From Vulcanimicrobiota bacterium (GTDB lineage: Bacteria; Vulcanimicrobiota; Vulcanimicrobiia; Vulcanimicrobiales; Vulcanimicrobiaceae), in contig PKZK01000134.1 in the NCBI GenBank assembly GCA_003133025.1, forward strand, positions 1 through 24,203: a stretch of 24,203 nucleotides of DNA, written 5' to 3'. Below, one piece after another: positions 19,515 through 24,203 of this stretch (its first letter is position 1; every line of letters begins with the position of its first letter). Under the pieces are notes generated by a model. The model made no database searches. It saw only the letters and a list, made by a program, of their open reading frames with translations, and was not told where the DNA came from. Both the position numbers and the translations under genes were made by a program.

Positions 19515-19549
19515 GTAGATCCGCGCGCGCGATCGGCGCGCGGCTCTGC
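19515..19549. terminator. GC hairpin between convergent genes (possible bidirectional terminator)
   Basis: CCGCGCGC (19521-19528) pairs with GCGCGCGG (19536-19543) and extends through GTAGA/TCTGC; no U-tract. Confidence 0.4.
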
Positions 19550-19576
19550 GCCGACCTCGAAGCCGAGCATGAGCCC

Positions 19577-20221
19577 TCACCAGCCCTTGACGTTCTTTGC
19601 GGATAACTGGAACTTCGAGCCACTTTCCTTGAGGTAGATTTCGAAGCTGGCCATCACTTCGAGATAGCGGGCGTTGTGCAGAGGTCCGGCGTCGATCGGT
19701 TGAAAGCCGATCTCGTCGGCTAATCCGTGTGCGACTTGATTTGCGCTGCGATCGTCGCCGCAATAAAAAACGGGCGGCCGGTCGAGGATCGTAAACGAAT
19801 CGCCTTTTGAGAGTCTGATCGCTTCCGCGGCGGTCGCGTTGAACGCCTTGACGACGTGCGCACCCGGCGCTGCTGCGGCAACGGCCTCGGCCGCGGACGG
19901 GTGGGGAGCGAAGACGGCGAGGTCGTCGATGGTGGGCGGGTTCGTGCAGTCGAGGACGACCTTCCCCGCGAGCGCCGGGGCGAGCTCCGCGGCCACGATT
20001 GCCGCGCGCTCCCACGCGACCGCGAGCAGGACCACTTCGCCGAACGCAGCCGCCTCAGCGTAGCCGGCCGCACGCGTGCGGCGGCCGACCTTTCTTGCGA
20101 GTTCCACGGCGCGCCCCGCCTTCTCGTCGCTCGAGCCGAACACGACGTCGCGACGGTTGGCCGCCCAGTGCGCGCCGAGCAAACGTCCCATGGGGCCCGT
20201 GCCGAGGATTCCGATTCTCAT
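19577..20221 (-). CDS. NADPH-dependent F420 reductase family / NADP oxidoreductase (F420_oxidored-like)
   Basis: MRIGILGTGPMG Rossmann start, VVLLAV.W, GKVVLDCTNP, VVKAFN, CGDD and DAGPL.NARYLE; real start ATG 20221. Confidence 0.85.
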   Translation of the reverse strand: MRIGILGTGPMGRLLGAHWAANRRDVVFGSSDEKAGRAVELARKVGRRTRAAGYAEAAAFGEVVLLAVAWERAAIVAAELAPALAGKVVLDCTNPPTIDDLAVFAPHPSAAEAVAAAAPGAHVVKAFNATAAEAIRLSKGDSFTILDRPPVFYCGDDRSANQVAHGLADEIGFQPIDAGPLHNARYLEVMASFEIYLKESGSKFQLSAKNVKGW

Positions 20222-20273
20222 GGAACTTTGTTCCGCGCTGAGCGCACCGTTCCCGGCGCCCAGGTAGGCCCGT

Positions 20274-21110
20274 CTAGCCGGCCGCTTTTTCCACGGTGGG
20301 CAAACCGTCGTGGCTCCATTCCATCCACGAGCCGTCGTAGACGGCCACGTCGGTGAAGCCGGCTTCGCGCAGGGCAAAATACGATCCCGATGCGGAGACG
20401 CCGCTGCCGCACGAGACGATCGTGCGCTTTGCGCGGTCGAGGCCGGCGACGAGGGCTTCGAGCTTTTCGGCAGGCGCGATGCGTCCGCCGTTGGCGTCTT
20501 CGAGCAACTGCGAACCCGAGAGGCGTCGCGCGCCCGCGATGTCGCGGTCGCGCAAGCCGTAACTCGCATCGCGTTGCGTCTCGAGCAACTGCGCGTCGGC
20601 GCGCCCTTCCGCCACAGCCAGCACCTCAGCGCGGCTCGCGCGCAGGCTCGGGCGCTCGCGCGCCGTGAAGACCGCAGGCGTCACGACCGGCGCGGCCGTT
20701 TCGATTGCGCCGCCGCTTGCGACCCAGGCGGGCAGCCCGCCGGCGAGCACGTATGCTTCGTCGTGGCCGTAGTATTCGAGCATCCACACGATGCGCGCGG
20801 CATAGGGCACGTCGCCGTCGTCGTACGCGATCACGATCGCGTCGTCACCGATGCCGTGCGCGCCGAGCACCGCCGCGAAACGTTCGGCGGGCGCGACGCG
20901 CGCCGCATGCGGCGTGGCCGGGTCGTGCAGATCCTCGGCGTAATCGAGATGCACGGCACCCGGAATGTGTCCTTGCGCGTAACGCTCGCGCCCCGAAACC
21001 AACTGCGTGCCCGGCGCGCCGTGCGGCGTGCTGCGCGCGTCGATCAGGCGTAGGCGCGGATCGTCGCGTTGCGCGAGGAGCCGGTCGAGTTCGACGAAGG
21101 CGCTACGCAG
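20274..21110 (-). CDS. Tandem-rhodanese sulfurtransferase, 3-mercaptopyruvate sulfurtransferase (SseA)-type
   Basis: GHIPGA, YAARIVWML, L.GG..AW, active-site loop CGSGVS and YDGSWMEW. The family-like N-terminus (FVELDRLLAQRDDPRLRLIDAR) lies upstream of TTG 21002, so the start is inferred at CTG 21110 (278 aa); the start is less certain than the product. Confidence 0.88.
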   Translation of the reverse strand: MRSAFVELDRLLAQRDDPRLRLIDARSTPHGAPGTQLVSGRERYAQGHIPGAVHLDYAEDLHDPATPHAARVAPAERFAAVLGAHGIGDDAIVIAYDDGDVPYAARIVWMLEYYGHDEAYVLAGGLPAWVASGGAIETAAPVVTPAVFTARERPSLRASRAEVLAVAEGRADAQLLETQRDASYGLRDRDIAGARRLSGSQLLEDANGGRIAPAEKLEALVAGLDRAKRTIVSCGSGVSASGSYFALREAGFTDVAVYDGSWMEWSHDGLPTVEKAAG

Positions 21111-22326
21111 GAACCGTTACCGGGCTCAAATCGAACCGCTTCTCGGCATCGTCGACGATGTATTTGCCGATCGCCAGCGACGATGTGGCCGCCGGCGACG
21201 GAGCGTTGCGCACGTGCACGACGCCGTCGGAACCTTCGAACACGAAGTCGTCGACGAGCGAACCGTCGGGCGCCATCGCCTGGGCCCGAACTCCCGAAGG
21301 GCCGGGCAGGCAATCTTCCGGCTTCAACTCGGGAATGTAGCGTTGCAGCGCTTTGACGTACGCGCTGCGCACGAGGTCGCGATACATTTCGCCCGCGCCG
21401 ATCTGCCAATACTTGGTCGCGAGTTTGAAGAAGCCCGGATAGGTCAAGGCATCCCACAACTCGGGCGGGTTGATGTCGAAGAACTTGTAGCCCTCGCGCG
21501 CGAACGCCAGCACGGCATTGGGACCGAGCCAGATCGAGCCGTCCATGCGCGGCGTGAAGTGCACGCCCAAGAACGGGAATTCGGGATCCGGCACGGGATA
21601 GATGTTGCCGCGCACCAGGTCGCTCTTCTCCGGCTTGAGGATCAGGTAGTCGCCCCGGAAGGGTACGATCTTGGGATCGCGTCCGCCACCCGTCATCTTC
21701 GCGAGCTTGTCGGAATAGAGACCGCCGCAGGTGATGACGTACTTGGCTTGGATCTCGCCGTTGGGCGTGTGCAGAACCGTCATGCCGCCGCGGCGCTCGA
21801 TCTTGGTCACTTCGTGGTTGAGGAAAAACTCGGCGCCGCGTTCGCGGGCGTCGTCGGCGTACGACGACGAGACGCGACCCCAGTCGACGATGCCGGTGAC
21901 CGGCGAGTAGATCGCGCGGATGCCGCGGCAGTGTGGTTCGCGTTCGCGGATTTGAGCGGCGTCGAGCATCTCGAGCCCCTCGATGCCGTTGGCATGGCCG
22001 CGATCCCACAGATCTTGCAGGCGGCCGAGTTCGCTCTCCTCGGTGGCCACGATCAGCTTGCCGACCTGCTTGTACGGAATGCCCTTCTGGTCGCAATACT
22101 CCCAAGCAAGCTTGCGGCCTTCGACGCACAGCCGCGCTTTGAGCGAACCGGGCTTGTAGTAAATGCCCGAATGGATGACGCCGCTGTTGCGGCCGGTCTG
22201 GTGCGCGTTGAAGACGGTCTCTTTTTCGAGGCCGGCCACCGTCAGGTGCGGGTAGCGGAGCTTGAGCTCGCGGGTGGTGGCCAGGCCGACGATTCCGCCG
22301 CCGACGACCGCGATGTCGTACGTCAT
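21103..22326 (-). CDS. lhgO: L-2-hydroxyglutarate oxidase-like FAD-dependent oxidoreductase
   Basis: MTYDIAVVGGGIVG, HQTGRNSGVIHSGIYYKPGSLKA, IYPVPDPEFPFLGVHFT, GPNAVLA, SGVRAQA and NAPSPAATSSL; real start ATG 22326. Confidence 0.9.
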   Translation of the reverse strand: MTYDIAVVGGGIVGLATTRELKLRYPHLTVAGLEKETVFNAHQTGRNSGVIHSGIYYKPGSLKARLCVEGRKLAWEYCDQKGIPYKQVGKLIVATEESELGRLQDLWDRGHANGIEGLEMLDAAQIREREPHCRGIRAIYSPVTGIVDWGRVSSSYADDARERGAEFFLNHEVTKIERRGGMTVLHTPNGEIQAKYVITCGGLYSDKLAKMTGGGRDPKIVPFRGDYLILKPEKSDLVRGNIYPVPDPEFPFLGVHFTPRMDGSIWLGPNAVLAFAREGYKFFDINPPELWDALTYPGFFKLATKYWQIGAGEMYRDLVRSAYVKALQRYIPELKPEDCLPGPSGVRAQAMAPDGSLVDDFVFEGSDGVVHVRNAPSPAATSSLAIGKYIVDDAEKRFDLSPVTVPA

Positions 22327-22396
22327 ATGGGTGTATTCTGCCGGTCGGGCTGGGAGCCCGCTAGGACTTTCCTCTCGGCGCGAGGGAGCACTCCGT

Positions 22397-24019
22397 ATGT
22401 CCGCGTCTCTCACATCGCCGCCTTCGGCCGCTGCGCCGGCCCCTTTTCGCAACGAAGACATCCGCGATTTCAGCGACCCGGCCGACCGCCGTTCGCTCGC
22501 CGCGGCGCTCGAACGCGCCCGCGCCGCACTGGGCCGCCGCTATCCGCTCGTCATCGACGGCAAGAAGGTCGAGACCGGGAAGTGGATCGATTCGCGCAAT
22601 CCGGCGCGGCCGGCAGAAGTGGTGGGTACGGTCGCTTCGGCCGGCCTCGACGAAGCGCATGCGGCGATGGACGCGGCGCTCCGCGCCTTCGAAACCTGGA
22701 AGCGCGTGCCGGTCGAGGAGCGTGCCGCGGTGTTGTTTCGCGCGGCGAATCTCGTGCGCGAACGGCGCGACGACTTCAATGCGCTGCTCGTGCTCGAAGT
22801 TGGTAAGAGTTGGGTCGAAGCCGACGCGGATACCGCCGAAGCGATCGACTTCCTCGACTTCTACGGACGCGAGGCGTTGCGCTATGCCGATCCGCCCAAG
22901 CTCGTTCCGGTTCCGGGTGAGGAAAACCGACTGAGCTACATCCCGCTCGGCGTGGGCATCGTGATTCCGCCCTGGAACTTCGCCTTCGCGATCATGGCCG
23001 GGATGACGACCGCTGCGGCGGTCGCAGGCAATACGGTCGTGCTCAAGCCGTCGAGCGACTCGCCCGTGATCGCGGCGGTGTTCTGCGCTCTGCTCGAGGA
23101 GGCCGGTTTGCCGCCGGGCGTGGTCAACTTCGTGCCCGGTTCGGGACGCACGATCGGCGACGCGCTGGTCGCGCATCCCAAGACGCGCTTCATCGCCTTC
23201 ACCGGCTCGAAGGAAGTGGGTCTGCACATAAACGAGTTGGCCTCGAAGACGCAGCCGGGACAGATCTGGATCAAACGCGTGATCGCGGAGATGGGCGGCA
23301 AGGATTCGATCGTCGTCGCCGCCGACGCGGATCTCGACGCGGCGGCGCAGGGCGTCGCCGTTTCGGCATTCGGCTTCGCGGGCGAGAAGTGTTCGGCGTG
23401 TTCGCGCGCGATCGTCGAGGCTTCGGTCTACGATGCGTTCGTCGAGAAGTTGCTGGCCAACGTCGCGAAGCTCAGCGTGGGCGACCCCTCCGACGGCCCG
23501 GCCGTGTACATGGGCCCGGTCGTCAACGAGGGTGCGCTGAACTCCATGCTGCGTTACGTCGAGATCGGCAAAAAAGAAGGCACGCTTCTCACCGGGGGCT
23601 CGCGCGTCGCCGGGCTGGACGGCTGGTTTCTGGAGCCGACGGTATTCGGCGACATAGCGCCCGATGCGGTCATCGCCCAAGAAGAAATCTTCGGGCCCGT
23701 GCTCGCGCTGATCAAGGCGAAGGATTACGACGAGGCTCTGGTCATAGCCAACAACACCGAGTTCGGGTTGACCGGCTCGGTGTATTCGCGCGATGAATCC
23801 AAGCTCGAACGGGCGCGCGACGAGTTCCACGTGGGTAACCTCTACTTCAATCGCAAGAGCACGGGCGCGATGGTGGGCGGTCATCCCTTCGGCGGATTCA
23901 ACATGTCCGGTACGGACTCCAAAGCCGGCGGGTACGATTACCTGCTGCTCTTCACGCAAGCGAAGATGGTCTCGAAGAAGGTGACCGCCGCCGGCAACGG
24001 ACGCAGCGGAGGCGAGTAG
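22397..24019 (+). CDS. pruA: L-glutamate gamma-semialdehyde (P5C) dehydrogenase, PruA/RocA type
   Basis: PF.NE, EADADTAEAIDFLDFY, IPPWNF, FTGS, IKRVIAEMGGK, KCSACSR, QEEIFGP, GNLYFNR and PFGGFNMSGTDSKAGG.DYL; ATG 22397 with GAGGGAG upstream. Confidence 0.92.
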   Translation: MSASLTSPPSAAAPAPFRNEDIRDFSDPADRRSLAAALERARAALGRRYPLVIDGKKVETGKWIDSRNPARPAEVVGTVASAGLDEAHAAMDAALRAFETWKRVPVEERAAVLFRAANLVRERRDDFNALLVLEVGKSWVEADADTAEAIDFLDFYGREALRYADPPKLVPVPGEENRLSYIPLGVGIVIPPWNFAFAIMAGMTTAAAVAGNTVVLKPSSDSPVIAAVFCALLEEAGLPPGVVNFVPGSGRTIGDALVAHPKTRFIAFTGSKEVGLHINELASKTQPGQIWIKRVIAEMGGKDSIVVAADADLDAAAQGVAVSAFGFAGEKCSACSRAIVEASVYDAFVEKLLANVAKLSVGDPSDGPAVYMGPVVNEGALNSMLRYVEIGKKEGTLLTGGSRVAGLDGWFLEPTVFGDIAPDAVIAQEEIFGPVLALIKAKDYDEALVIANNTEFGLTGSVYSRDESKLERARDEFHVGNLYFNRKSTGAMVGGHPFGGFNMSGTDSKAGGYDYLLLFTQAKMVSKKVTAAGNGRSGGE

Positions 24020-24025
24020 CTTCGT

Positions 24026-24057
24026 CGCGGCCGATTCGGCGTTTAACGCCGGTCGCG
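24026..24057. terminator. Hairpin at the convergent junction of pruA and the terminal gene
   Basis: CGGCGT-TTA-ACGCCG (24037-24051), with an alternative extended pairing CGCGGCC/GGTCGCG (24026-24032/24051-24057). Confidence 0.3.
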
Positions 24058-24203
24058 CACCGGGATGACGAGTTTGACGGCCGTGTGCGTCGGCGAGAAG
24101 GCGGCGACTTTGACGTCGACGAGTCCCGCGGCGAGATACTCCTGACGCAGCAACGCCTCGGGTAACGGCGAGTTCTTCCCTGGTAGCGAGCTGGACGCGA
24201 GCG
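24043..24203 (-). CDS. 3' end of a hypothetical protein, DUF3052-like (truncated by the window edge)
   Basis: Manual minus-strand translation ...GKNSPLPEALLRQEYLAAGLVDVKVAAFSPTHTAVKLVIPVRDRR-stop. The GLVD.KV.A.S..H.A.KLVI ending resembles DUF3052-related proteins (recognised from memory, not searched). Confidence 0.55.
   Translation of the reverse strand, partial: LASSSLPGKNSPLPEALLRQEYLAAGLVDVKVAAFSPTHTAVKLVIPVRDRR

Noticed and set aside
20222..20253. GGAAC-TTT-GTTCC inverted repeat next to the F420-family start, resembling a LexA box or an ECF -35 element
   Set aside because: The spacer is 3 nt rather than the 4 nt of GAAC-N4-GTTC, and the distance to a GTT/CGTT element (21-22 nt) is too long for an ECF promoter; too short to support alone.
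2488..22461. Apparent long N-terminal extensions or fusions in the ORF track (trpD from 2488, trpA 5819, livM 8922, livG 9437, livF 10816, cysW 16667, F420-family gene 20569, lhgO 22461, pruA 22262)
   Set aside because: The extensions overlap neighbouring genes in another frame or strand and are low-complexity; family similarity begins at the downstream starts I report.
783..23959. Long antisense or alternative-frame ORFs (783-2120 -, 2755-4023 -, 7074-8492 -, 17540-18571 +, 21007-22806 +, 22361-23959 - and others)
   Set aside because: They shadow well-supported genes, are Arg/Ala/Gly-rich with no recognisable motifs, and are expected in high-GC DNA where off-frame stops are rare.
1..24203. 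Mobile elements, CRISPR arrays, RNA genes, defence or toxin-antitoxin systems
   Set aside because: Coding density is nearly complete with all spacers under 100 nt, and I saw no integrase, transposase, nuclease, spaced repeats or tRNA-like sequence.

Overview
High-GC bacterial chromosomal window made up almost entirely of housekeeping and nutrient-uptake genes. I found no mobile element, CRISPR array, tRNA or rRNA. Left to right: (1) the end of the alpha ribosomal-protein operon (3' part of rpoA, then rplQ); (2) 47 bp later, a complete, translationally coupled trpE-G-D-C-F-B-A operon with no leader or attenuator; (3) a five-gene LIV/HAAT-family ABC importer; (4) two tandem exported phosphoesterase-family (phospholipase C/AcpA-like) genes; (5) a minus-strand sulfate ABC transporter in the order cysA-sbp-cysT-cysW; (6) an SDR lacking the catalytic Tyr; (7) a minus-strand run of lhgO-like oxidase, 3-mercaptopyruvate-type sulfurtransferase and F420/NADP oxidoreductase-family gene; (8) a divergent pruA/rocA-type P5C dehydrogenase; (9) the 3' end of a DUF3052-like gene. 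The gene style and the paralogous secreted phosphoesterases suggest Eremiobacterota/Vulcanimicrobiota, which is an unchecked inference. No clearly new system is provable from the sequence. The best leads are a sulfurtransferase that appears to need a CTG start overlapping the lhgO stop (a possible sulfur-salvage module), a 10-bp direct repeat exactly bracketing the first phosphoesterase gene, the unattenuated trp operon attached to the alpha operon, and catalytic-residue substitutions in TrpF and the SDR.
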